Assembly (NCBI RefSeq): GCF_006345805.1 | Contig: NC_042998.1 | Coordinates: 183,210,001 to 183,274,000, forward strand | Direction: 5' to 3' | Source: Octopus sinensis | Taxonomy: Eukaryota | DNA: 64,000 nucleotides | The notes under the pieces: model-generated | Told to the model about the DNA's origin: nothing | What the model saw: the letters and a program-made list of their open reading frames with translations, nothing else | Databases searched by the model: none | Shown: positions 51,301 to 59,560 of the stretch, one piece after another | Layout of the letters: every line of letters begins with the position of its first letter | Position numbering within the stretch: position 1 is the first letter of the stretch | Position numbers and translations under genes: made by a program

Positions 51301-54300
51301 GGTAGATAAAATAAACACCAACTGAGGACTATGATCAACGAAATCAATTTACCTCAACTTCCAAACTTGTGCCAAAATTTTAAACCAATATTACTTTCAT
51401 GTACAGAAGTTGAAAAAAACTAACCCAAAGTAGAAGCTCACTCATCTAACTTTAATTTCTAACACAAAAAAGTAATTAGACAAAAGTTTTATACAAATGT
51501 ATGCCTGACAAGAGGTATATAGATCTGAATATGTAATTAAGACACACACACTCACTCACATATATATGCACTTGTGTGCATAACACATAAAAATACAATT
51601 TATAGCCACAGAAGGATTAAGAATGGTCTGTCGAATTGCTTAAAGACGTTGAACAAAAAATTTTAATGCGGCTTCTCAATAAAAAATATTGTGCGTACAG
51701 AAGAGATGATTGACACAAATGCAAAAAGTGCTACAAGCTGATGCAGAAAAATTCAATGACAAAACATTAAAATATATGATGGGATGTAGTACCACAAACC
51801 AAAAAATGATGATAAAGATTACCGTCACAAAGAGGAGGATATAAGATTATCAATATTTCAAAAAGGAATCTTACCTCACTGCGGTGTTCAATAATGGTAT
51901 CAAAGCAATGCTGGGTGTCCAAGTCCCATAGTTTTATTAAGGAGTCCTTTGAGCTAGAAACAAAATTTTAATGTTAAATGCAAAATATCAAAGTTTAAAA
52001 TCATCATCATCATCAACATTTAACATCCATTTTTCATGCTGGCATGGGTTGGATAGCTTGAGAGGAACTGGCCACACCAGGTTCCATAGTCTATTTTGGC
52101 TTGGTTCCACAGCTGGATGCCCTTCCAAATGCCAATCACTTTACAGAGTATACTGAGTGATTTTTACGTGGCACCATCACCTGTGCTTTTTATGTGGTAC
52201 CAGCATCCACCATCCACACCAATGTTTTTTACATGACAACTTGGTTTTAGGATCTCAATTCTGTTGTTATGGGCAGGTCTTTTTTAGAAAGACACAATAT
52301 GACATCAGAAGGTACATATATATTTTTTTCTTGAGAAATAATACTTAGAATTTTTCACAACTCTGTTTATGGATAACTTACATACAATTTCTAGGTTTTA
52401 TAATGTTCACAGAATCTATTATGAGTCATGTGATGATAGAAGATAATTTTAATTTACAACTGTGGAACATATAATGTAGATGATAACAAGGCAATGGATC
52501 TTAAGATATAGCCCATAGCTACAGATATTAATACAGACAACAATAAAAAATCTTATGATATAAACTATGAACCACACAATAAAGATGATAACCAACAACA
52601 CAGCTTCTTGTTATATTAAATTTTTTAAATAAATAAAATTTTTACCAAACAATTTCCAAGAATTACCTGGTAATTAATACATTATCTTCAGAAAGAAATA
52701 CTGCTTGTGTTATGCTTCCTTTGTGACCTTTTAATCGGTACATACCAGTTCCTTGTAGCAGATCCCACAAAATAACATCAGTGTCCTGAAATAGTTATCA
52801 TGTTAAAAATCATATAAACTAGACAAAAGGAGATTACATTGGATAATGGATTAGAAAATAATAGAAGTAAAGAAGGTAGATCAAAGACTTTACTAACCAC
52901 TGTCCAAATATAAAGATAAGAATTGATGAAAAAATTTTAAAATAGAACATTTCAGCTTTTCAATAGAAGGATACCAGATGGGATGCTCCCAATTTCTAAG
53001 GTATTAACAAGATAAATGAGGTGATTCCAACAAGAAATGGAACCTCGATTGCAGGTTCAGAATGCTGAGAATTTATACTGAACCACAGCAAATTTAGCTA
53101 ACATTACCACCCCACATAACCTTAACCCACCAACCATCAAGTAAGCAAATTACCTGTTTTATGAGTTACATGATCAAACTGACAGAATGAATCTACAACC
53201 ATATGATCAGTAACTGAACAGCCAATGTGATTCTACAAACACTGTTCCTACACAGTTTCAGATTTAAAGTTACATAGAACATTACTAGATCTGTATTAAA
53301 TAATCAGAACATAATTCTTAATTTGTTCTCATTGATGTATTGACACGTGTGCTGCTTCATGTTGAGTAACTCCAGTAAATATGAGCTATGCTTAAGCAGA
53401 CCTATGGCCTAAAGGTACCAAATCAGACACCTACAAACACAGCAACATAGGTAAAGAAATCACAGTAGTTCATCATCATCGTTTAACGTCCACTTTCCAG
53501 GCTAGCATGGGTTGGATGGTTCGACTGGGGTCTGGGAAGCCAGGAGGCTGCACCAGGCCCAGTCTGATCTGGCAGTGTTTCTACAGTTGGATGCCCTTCC
53601 TAACGCCAACCACTCCATGTGTAGTAGGTGCTCTTTACGTGCCACCAGCATGGAGGCCAGTTGGGGTGGCGCTGACAACAGCCATGTTCTGATGGTTCTT
53701 TTACATTTTTACATGCCACTGGCATCACAACTACAATTTCCATTGATTTTTGAGCGATTTCAATTCCGATTTCACTTGCCTCAACAGGTCTTCACAAGCA
53801 GAGTTTTGTGTCCCAAGAAGGAAAGATATGCATAAGTGAGCTGGCTACATCCCAGGTAGAGGCCACGGGTTATGGTCTCACTTGTCTTGCCGGGTCTTCT
53901 CATGTACAGCATACTTCCAAAGGTCTTGGTCACTAGTCATTGCCTAAGTGAGACCTAATGTTCGAAGGTCCTGCTTCACCACCACATCCCAGGTTTTCCT
54001 GGGTCTACCTCTTCCACAGGTTCCCTCAACCGCTAGGGTGTGACACAGTAGTTATTACTGTTATAATAGTGATAATCAGGTTGGTGAAGGTGGGTAAAAA
54101 GCCTAGCAGTAAGTAATGTTCCTTCTAAGTTTTCACTGTGGATGTGAACATGAATTTTGGCTTTGTATGCAAATTTTGTCTTTCTTTGCACATCCATGAG
54201 AGTAATCATCACTCAAATTGCTTCAACTAAAAAATTTTAACTTCAACTTGAAAACCTTGTGGGCACATTTTTTTACATAAAACTTGCCTGCATATGCACA

Positions 54301-56012
54301 GCTTAGAAGGAAAACTAGTGGTAACAAAAATATACGAGAAGTGACTATATAAAACTAAAACTTATTTTTAAATAAAAATAATAAAAAGAAATATAACTGA
54401 ACAAGTTACATATATTTTTTTCAATGTGAATGAGGACAGGTTACATTCACAGGTTACTTATAGGCAGCGAGCTGGCAGAAATGTTAGCACGCCAGGCGAA
54501 ATGCTTAGCAGTATTTCGTCTGCCGCTAGGTTCTGAGTTCAAATTCCATCGAGGTCGACTTTGCCTTTCATCCTTTTGGGGTCGATTAAATAAGTACCAG
54601 TTACGCACTGGGGTCGATATGATCGACTTAATCTGTTTGTCTGTCCTTGTTTGTCCTCTCTGTGTTTAGCCCCTTGTGGGTAGTAAAGAAATAGGTTACT
54701 TCACCAAATTCAAACAGTGGAATAAATGTAGGCACATTCGGTAGTTGGACTGCTTCCTAAAATGAGACTTCATACTTATCCTCACCATGTTATATCAATT
54801 TTTGTGGTATAGGTAATACTGACAAACCAAGTTTACAGCCCAGGTTCAATTTACAGTGGTAATATTTGAACCTCTAACCTACAACTCACTAACGCCTGAA
54901 ACTTATATCAAATAATTTCTAACCAAAAAGTACTCACATTTCCTCCAGAGACCAGAATGAAACCATCTTTGTTGTGGTTGAGAACTGTAACAGCAGATCT
55001 GTGTCCGTTAAACTTGAACAGGGTCTCTTGATTCTCCAGATCAAACACATTAATCATACCATTGACATAACCAACTGACAGCTGTTTGTGATTCAGAGAC
55101 ACCTTCAAAGCTGTGACAGGAAATTTTTCACCTTTTAGAACTGAAACCTGAAACAAACACAAAATAATATGAGAAGCATGCACAGAAAATTTTGCAGTAT
55201 TGAATAACTTAATTTCAGATATATAGCCATCTGGCCATCCATTAGGGGTAAGCACTGGGTAGATATGGTGTTTTTACATCTTTTACTATAAGAGAGAACT
55301 TTTTCTCCATGGTAACTCCAGTGAATTTGCCATTAGAAATTAAAAAATGTCGCAAACATATTTCAACTGAAGTTCATATATATACATATATATAAATACA
55401 CACACACACGAACAGAAGTTACCATGTGGTTTTGTGTTCTATCTCATAGCACTTTGGGCAAGTGTCTTCTACTACAGCGGCAGGCTGATCAAAGTCTTGT
55501 GAGTGGATTTGGAAGAAGGGAACTGAAAGATACTTGCTATGTGTGTTCCAATCTTAACATCACATGACAGTTGTAAACAAACATTACCATCATATAAGTG
55601 GTGTTGTTTGTTTGCAGTCTTTTATGAAAATATGTCCAGCAATTTGTGCTGTTTGAATTCAAATGACAAAGGGTAATATTACCTCACTTAAAACAGGTGA
55701 AGGTTGGTAACAGGAGGGGCATCCAGTCAATGAAAATCTACAGCTATGTATTTTGTCTGAGCCATGCAAACATGGAAAAACTTTCACTAAGATTTTCTAG
55801 AGAAATTTCAAATACTGAAATAAAAGGGTTTTTTTTTTTACCTTTTTTCTACTACGCAAATCCCAAATAATAACATCTTCACAGGCAGCAACAGCCACAT
55901 ATCTCCCAAATGTGTTGTGGTAGTTCAGAAATTGAATATTTGATTGGTGACTTCCAATTATACCAAATGTTTGCTGGTGAATGTATCGAAGATACTGCTT
56001 TGTAAGACCCAT
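15849..56012 (-). CDS. WDR3: WD repeat-containing protein 3 (UTP12/DIP2, SSU processome UTP-B subunit), complete, 25 coding exons, 900 aa
   Basis: Begins [10 protein letters not shown] (the WDR3/Dip2 N-terminus) and has many WD40 repeats (GH...WD). The 25 GT-AG exons sum to 2703 nt with continuous frame. Confidence 0.95.
17272..17487 (-). mobile_element. RTE LINE reverse transcriptase core fragment
   Basis: [17 protein letters not shown]...[14 protein letters not shown] (QG...SP and YADD motifs). Confidence 0.9.
18691..18784 (-). CDS. WDR3: WDR3 coding exon 24
   Basis: [31 protein letters not shown]. Confidence 0.9.
19446..19960 (-). mobile_element. RTE 3' UTR copy
   Basis: (CAT)n start on +, same body. 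Confidence 0.8.
20433..20561 (-). CDS. WDR3: WDR3 coding exon 23
   Basis: [43 protein letters not shown]. Confidence 0.92.
21511..21605 (-). CDS. WDR3: WDR3 coding exon 22 (Utp12 C-terminal domain)
   Basis: [32 protein letters not shown]. Confidence 0.92.
21990..22800 (+). mobile_element. RTE LINE endonuclease/linker fragment (decayed)
   Basis: GHVG...[36 protein letters not shown]...QHRLVVSDF is an APE-type endonuclease. Stops and frameshifts follow. Confidence 0.85.
22960..23025 (-). CDS. WDR3: WDR3 coding exon 21
   Basis: [22 protein letters not shown]. Confidence 0.9.
23290..23625 (-). mobile_element. tRNA-derived SINE (family D)
   Basis: Reverse complement of 57763-58110. An older fragment lies at about 860-980. 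Confidence 0.85.
24322..24552. mobile_element. piggyBac-like MITE (family P1)
   Basis: TTAA-CCCTTTCGATACC...GGTAACAAAAGGG-TTAA. Confidence 0.85.
24783..24973 (+). mobile_element. RTE 3'-tail short copy
   Basis: Same tail with (GAT)n. Confidence 0.8.
25160..25225 (-). CDS. WDR3: WDR3 coding exon 20
   Basis: [22 protein letters not shown]. Confidence 0.9.
26183..26230 (-). CDS. WDR3: WDR3 coding exon 19
   Basis: [16 protein letters not shown]. Confidence 0.9.
26450..26752 (-). mobile_element. Family A SINE (internally deleted)
   Basis: Matches the reverse complement of 39110-39515. Confidence 0.75.
27570..28047 (+). mobile_element. RTE 3'-tail copy with about 5 VNTR units (62-66 bp)
   Basis: Repeated TAAAAAGCACCATCCGTTCGTGGCCGTTGCCAG...GGTGGCACG at 27701, 27767, 27829 and 27892. 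Confidence 0.85.
28089..28251. mobile_element. 163-bp foldback element with 31-bp terminal inverted repeats
   Basis: Arms 28089-28119 and 28221-28251 match at 30 of 31 positions. No TSD seen. Confidence 0.75.
28355..28489 (-). CDS. WDR3: WDR3 coding exon 18
   Basis: [45 protein letters not shown]. Confidence 0.97.
28761..28872 (-). CDS. WDR3: WDR3 coding exon 17
   Basis: [37 protein letters not shown]. Confidence 0.95.
28948..29198 (-). mobile_element. RTE 3'-tail copy
   Basis: Reverse orientation of 27800-28047. Confidence 0.85.
29232..29580 (-). mobile_element. Family A SINE
   Basis: Matches the reverse complement of 39110-39515. Confidence 0.8.
30364..30521 (-). CDS. WDR3: WDR3 coding exon 16
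   Basis: [52 protein letters not shown]. Confidence 0.97.
31303..31375 (-). CDS. WDR3: WDR3 coding exon 15
   Basis: [24 protein letters not shown]. Confidence 0.95.
31752..32190 (-). mobile_element. RTE 3'-tail copy (second subfamily)
   Basis: Same tail with diverged VNTR units. Confidence 0.8.
32455..32523 (-). CDS. WDR3: WDR3 coding exon 14
   Basis: [23 protein letters not shown]; donor gttcgt. Confidence 0.9.
32729..32990 (-). mobile_element. RTE 3'-tail copy
   Basis: Same tail. Confidence 0.8.
33517..33605 (-). CDS. WDR3: WDR3 coding exon 13
   Basis: [30 protein letters not shown]. Confidence 0.95.
33690..33989 (+). mobile_element. RTE 3'-tail copy
   Basis: Same tail. Confidence 0.8.
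34700..34960 (-). mobile_element. CR1/L2-like LINE 3' coding relic
   Basis: The minus strand reads [29 protein letters not shown], matching the SFFxRTxxLWNSLP...FK pattern at the RT C-terminus. Confidence 0.5.
35295..35396 (-). CDS. WDR3: WDR3 coding exon 12
   Basis: [34 protein letters not shown]. Confidence 0.95.
36054..36147 (-). CDS. WDR3: WDR3 coding exon 11
   Basis: [31 protein letters not shown]. Confidence 0.95.
36376..36970. mobile_element. Two RTE 3'-tail copies in inverted orientation (36376-36735 on -, 36810-36970 on +)
   Basis: The (CAT)n-starting and (GAT)n-ending copies are mutually reverse-complementary. Confidence 0.8.
37311..37501 (-). CDS. WDR3: WDR3 coding exon 10
   Basis: [13 protein letters not shown]...[32 protein letters not shown]. 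Confidence 0.95.
37891..38120. mobile_element. piggyBac-like MITE (family P1, opposite orientation)
   Basis: TTAA-CCTTTTCGTTACC...GGTATTGAAAGGG-TTAA. The interior is the reverse complement of 24322-24552. Confidence 0.85.
38499..38613 (-). CDS. WDR3: WDR3 coding exon 9
   Basis: [38 protein letters not shown]. Confidence 0.85.
38954..39045 (-). CDS. WDR3: WDR3 coding exon 8
   Basis: [30 protein letters not shown], phase 2, gtaagt donor. Confidence 0.9.
39110..39515 (+). mobile_element. tRNA-derived SINE (family A, octopus OK/OR-like), full length
   Basis: Head CAGGAGTGGCTGTGTGGTAAG...GGTTCAGTC, core CCTTGGGCAAGTGTCTT, central (TA)n/(TG)n, tail GTCAAATGACTGAA...GTAAAAGAG. Confidence 0.85.
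39794..40706. mobile_element. Larger piggyBac-like MITE carrying a SINE
   Basis: TTAA-CCCTTTCGTTAC...GTACCGAAAGGG-TTAA. Confidence 0.75.
39887..40266 (-). mobile_element. Family A SINE nested in a TTAA MITE
   Basis: Complete reverse copy between the TIRs at 39794 and 40706. Confidence 0.8.
40866..41093. mobile_element. piggyBac-like MITE (family P2)
   Basis: TTAA-CCCATTAGCAT...ATGCTAGAGGG-TTAA. Confidence 0.75.
41663..43308 (+). mobile_element. Long (about 1.65 kb) Helitron-like element
   Basis: 5' A|TCTCTTATTATAAAAGG, 3' AAACCCGAGCAACGCCGGGCGATACTGCTAG|T (the same 3' end as the short family). Confidence 0.7.
43309..43661 (+). mobile_element. Second Helitron-like element abutting the first
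   Basis: Starts TATATATATAAACGGCAAAATGTCTGTGTG and ends in a perfect hairpin terminating CTAG-T. Confidence 0.55.
44080..44450 (+). mobile_element. Degenerate family A SINE
   Basis: Diverged head, core and tail. Further fragments at about 16345-16740, 20950-21110, 35030-35150, 47120-47275 and 55400-55780. Confidence 0.6.
44539..44643 (-). CDS. WDR3: WDR3 coding exon 7
   Basis: [35 protein letters not shown]|gtaagg. Confidence 0.9.
45335..45850 (+). mobile_element. RTE 3'-tail copy with diverged VNTR units
   Basis: Repeated AAAAGGCACCAT...GTGTGATCGTT(A/G)(C/A)CAG units, then the tail. Confidence 0.8.
46063..46608. repeat. 78-bp tandem repeat, 7 copies, derived from a family C SINE body
   Basis: Units start at 46063, 46141, 46219, 46297, 46375, 46453 and 46531, with no indels. 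Confidence 0.95.
47396..47610 (+). mobile_element. Short retroposed fragment with an (AAC)n tail inserted into a SINE
   Basis: CAGCCTCA is duplicated at 47388-47395 and 47611-47618. The host SINE sequence resumes after the insert. Confidence 0.65.
47754..47855 (-). CDS. WDR3: WDR3 coding exon 6
   Basis: [34 protein letters not shown]|gtaaat. Confidence 0.85.
47961..48356 (-). mobile_element. Non-autonomous Helitron-like element
   Basis: TC...CTAG termini in an A|T target with a subterminal GC hairpin. Same family as 3859-4233. Confidence 0.85.
48925..49153. mobile_element. piggyBac-like MITE (family P2, opposite orientation)
   Basis: TTAA-CCCTTTAGCATTT...CACTAAAGGG-TTAA. Confidence 0.8.
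49220..49309 (-). CDS. WDR3: WDR3 coding exon 5
   Basis: [30 protein letters not shown]|gtaaat. Confidence 0.9.
49420..49689 (+). mobile_element. RTE 3'-tail copy
   Basis: Same tail with (GAT)n. Confidence 0.8.
50095..50650 (-). mobile_element. Old family A SINE interrupted by an RTE 3' tail (50314-50456)
   Basis: SINE halves flank a (GAT)n-tailed RTE end placed in the (TA)n spacer. Confidence 0.65.
51064..51295 (-). mobile_element. Young family C SINE nested antisense in an older family C copy (50931 to about 51330)
   Basis: 17-bp TSD GGGGTAGATAAAATAAA at 51046-51062 and 51299-51315. Confidence 0.85.
51875..51953 (-). CDS. WDR3: WDR3 coding exon 4
   Basis: [26 protein letters not shown]|gtaaga. 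Confidence 0.95.
52667..52785 (-). CDS. WDR3: WDR3 coding exon 3
   Basis: [40 protein letters not shown]. Confidence 0.95.
53470..54040 (-). mobile_element. 5'-truncated RTE LINE
   Basis: [21 protein letters not shown]... followed by the same 3' UTR and tail. Confidence 0.8.
54463..54695 (+). mobile_element. Full-length young family C SINE
   Basis: Complete head and tail. AGGTTACTT appears on both flanks (TSD-like). Confidence 0.85.
54938..55147 (-). CDS. WDR3: WDR3 coding exon 2
   Basis: [30 protein letters not shown]...[10 protein letters not shown]...LVSGGN|gtgagt. Confidence 0.95.
55842..56012 (-). CDS. WDR3: WDR3 coding exon 1
   Basis: [20 protein letters not shown]...[11 protein letters not shown]|gtaaaa. 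An acceptor just upstream (exon begins at 56022) implies a non-coding first exon. Confidence 0.95.
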
Positions 56013-57149
56013 TTCATATGACCTGAAAACAGAATAACATTATCATCATAATCATTATTTTACATTCATTTTCCTTTATGCTATAAATTTGCACGTTTCT
56101 CGAGGTTAGGCATCGCTTAGTTGAGCATCTTGTTGACATACTGAGATGTAATAATATGGACCAACGTAGAGACGAAGCTCATGCGAGCCTCATCAACGTC
56201 TTGGTTGATACTAATAATTCTTTCTACTGTAGGCACAGCGACTGAAATTCGGTGGGGAGGGGACTAGCCGATTACATCGACCCCAGTGTTTCACCTGTAC
56301 TTAATTTATCAATCCCAAAAGGATAAAACTAATACCTTTGGAAAAGACATGGAAAATATCATTCTCTTTCAGCTGAGGTTTTGTGTTGTATAAAACATCG
56401 GAATTCAATATAATACCAAGATTTCAAGAGAAATAGGGATCTTGTGTGTCATTACATATTTTACCTATTTTTCTTCATAATCACTTTCTCTTTATTTATG
56501 AAAAAGATATTAAGATATACCGTTTTGGGGGTAGTTATTAGAGATTCATCTGTTAAAAGAGTTCTGTGACTCAAAACACCTTGTTTTTATTAAACATCGA
56601 CGAACCGATTTTCAAAAAACACTTATAAGAGAGGGAAATAAGAAATGCACTATTGACGGTGATTTAAAACCAAAAAAGTTCAAAGGTGTAAAATCCAGAA
56701 TGTAAATAAACATCGAATAAGGCCGGTCACAATTAATTAAAGCAAATGATAAAATATAGTAATAAATTTTAACTTCTATTATTTACTGGAAACTCTATCA
56801 TTCAACCTTCTAAAAAAACAAGTAAACTTTACGATTTTAATATTTTATTTTGTGATGACGAGGTATTTTTGTGTCTTCTTTTTGAGTTTACGGTTGTAAT
56901 ATGAAAGAACTCCAAAGTGTATAAACGTATTTAGTTTGCATTTGATGAGTAGAAATATATTTTATTTACATTGGTAATTAAATTTTCATTCTTTAGAAAA
57001 GAAAAATGAAACAAGTGGAGCAGTACGATACTAATACTTTCATCATTGTATATATTTCTCGCATTAATAGGACATAACTAAAGTAGTTTTAAAACTTGTC
57101 AATAAATACGCCAAAATTTACCCTTTTTACATACCCTAATCTTGTAAAT

Positions 57150-57193
57150 AACACGTGCTTGCTTTAACCATAATCTAGTATCAACACGTGCTT
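57150..57193. promoter_or_regulatory. Paired canonical E-boxes between WDR3 and CLPB
   Basis: AACACGTGCTT occurs twice, at 57150-57160 and 57183-57193. Confidence 0.45.
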
Positions 57194-57762
57194 CCTCAAA
57201 GCAGTTATCGCCAATGTCTTAAAGTAAACGGTGTACATGTAAAGAGTTCTTCCTACATTATTATTCCTTTTAACGTTATACTTGTCAAACATGACTCGAT
57301 CTGAAATTATTTGGTCTGTATTGTTTATTTCCATATGTTATTGAGATTAATTCATTTTTGTTGGAAAGAAAACAATTACTTCATGGAAGAGCCATCTTAG
57401 CCATTTAAAAAACTAAAAATTTCTTAAATTCTCATTTATTCTTGAAATTACAAAATTTTCGTTGCCCCACTGTGACCTGGTCATTGACACAGTTCTGCTG
57501 TAACTATTTGAAACTTAGTTAATAGCATTTCCTCCCCCCCTCGTTGAACTTACGGACATATCAGTCTGTTGTATACCTATTAATTGACCTCAAATCTTTT
57601 GATATCGGTTTTCGTTTGTCACTTCCAGGTTAACTGCGCAAACTTTTTCTCGAAATACAAAAGAAATTAAAACGTTACGACGGGTTAATTGGTATGCTTC
57701 GATCAGAGCTCCACCAAATTAAACAAAAAATTTAAGCTCTGTATAGTGATATCTCTTCTATT

Positions 57763-58110
57763 GGCGCATGGCTCAGTGGTTAGAGCGTCGAGCTTACCAT
57801 CGTGAGGTTGTGAGCTCGAATCCCGGACCGGGCTGCGTGTTGTGTTCTTGAGCAAGACACTTTATTTCACGTTGTTCCAGTTCACTCACCTGTAGAAATG
57901 AGTTGCGACGTCACTGGTACCAAGCTGTATCGACCTTTGTCTTTCCCTTGGATAACACTGGTGGTGTGGAGAGGGGAGGCTGGTATGCATGGGTGACTGC
58001 TAGTCTTCCATAAACAACCTTGCCCGGACTTGTGTCTAGGAGGGTAACTTTCTAGGTGCAATCCCATGGTCATTCATGACCGAAGGGGGTCTTTACCCTT
58101 ACCCCCTTTA
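57763..58110 (+). mobile_element. tRNA-derived SINE (family D), full length
   Basis: A box TGGCTCAGTGG, B-box-like GCTCGAATCC, then CTTGAGCAAGACACTT. Near-identical to the reverse copy at 23290-23625. Confidence 0.85.
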
Positions 58111-58596
58111 CTCTTTGAAACAATCGAAGAAAAATCTTATGGGAGTTGGGAGTTCTATGTAAGAGACGTAAGTGTTACATAGGCTTGAAAAATATTGCTA
58201 CTTTTGTACAATTGTGTGGAAAACAATCATCCCTAACAATTTTCCGGGGCTGGGTAAGACACGAAAAGTACGAATAAGTCGAAGCTAAAAGCCACAGGTC
58301 AGTTGAAGCGATTAAACAAGTAGAAGGAACACCTCCAGATCCTCCATCTCTAAATCCTTCTGCAGTTTCGGATAGATCTGTAGAAACAACTATTAAATAT
58401 TATTTTTTACATAAAAAGTAAGTAATTTCCCATTAAATAGACTGAACTTGATAATATGCAACCAGATTTCTGGAAGAGAAAAGGATTGAATGATACCTTC
58501 CTTCAATCTTATGATGCAATATACTTTCAAAACCCCAATTGAGATATGGATTGAAGGTTGTATTTTCACATTCCCAATGTAGGTATGACTCTATCC

Positions 58597-58775
58597 CAGT
58601 GCTTTTCAACCTTTTTGCTGGAGCGGAACCCCAAGGAAACATTCCACTGGCTCGAGGAACCCCTGTGCAATAATTTAATAGTCTTATTCACACATATCTG
58701 CACAGGAGAATTAAAAATTACTGCCGATTTTAGCAGTTTTGTAACTTCTTGCGGAACCCTGGTTGAAAACCACTG
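58597..58775. mobile_element. hAT (Charlie-like) MITE
   Basis: TIRs CAGTGCTTTTCAACC / GGTTGAAAACCACTG (14 of 15 match). 8-bp TSD CTCTATCC at 58589-58596 and 58776-58783. Confidence 0.9.
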
Positions 58776-59560
58776 CTCTATCCAATACATCAGAAGTAAC
58801 AAAAACTTTTTTTAGTATTTGTGTTTCAAAGTAATAAGTTTCGAATAAGTTCGTACGCCGTAGAGAGAAAATGAATCTGATGTTTCAATGATAGACTCTT
58901 TGTCCAAAAACAAATTTGCCTTCAGACGAAAAGTTCCTTGAAACTGCAGGTCTCTCTAAAACATAGGAACTTATTAAAACAAATCAGCCTCGCAGTATAT
59001 TTTTGCCAACAGAGACAACCTGCCAGTTTCCTCGAACACTGATAATTTGTATTTCTTTCATATCCAATGACAAGCATGAAGAGTTCTGAATCCAATTGAT
59101 TACACAATTGTATACTAAGGTATAAAGCAGAAATTATAATTTTCCTATTTCGATTGAAGTATTTGGCCTGTGCCTCATTTCTGAGAGAGAAGGCATAAAC
59201 AATTGGATGGGAAAAGAAAGGCTCAAAAAGACATCAGGAGAGAGTGTGCATGTTTGCTTCATTTGGCGCATGCAACTTTACCAATCGCAATTTGCCACCA
59301 CTTCTCGATGTTGTCGAGTGAGCACTGGAATTTATTTCCACGGGGAACAGACATACTACGTACCGTTTGTGTATCCGGAATTAACAACTTTTTGTGGTAG
59401 GTTAATTGACTTTCTTTATCAATATGTTAAGAATATCAATCCTTCAATGAACTATTTACCATTTCTGTGAATTTAATACATTTCACTGTTTTGTTTTGTT
59501 TTCCTTTGAGAATATTTTACATCTTTTTTTTACTTAAAAACTCACGATATCGCATTGAAT

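Noticed and set aside
57763-57835. tRNA-like sequence
   Set aside because: There is no acceptor-stem pairing, and it continues into a SINE body also found at 23290-23625. It is a SINE head, not a tRNA gene.
58260-58425. Short open frame with TPPDPPSLNPS
   Set aside because: Only a faint resemblance to a DDE transposase motif, with no start or other motifs.
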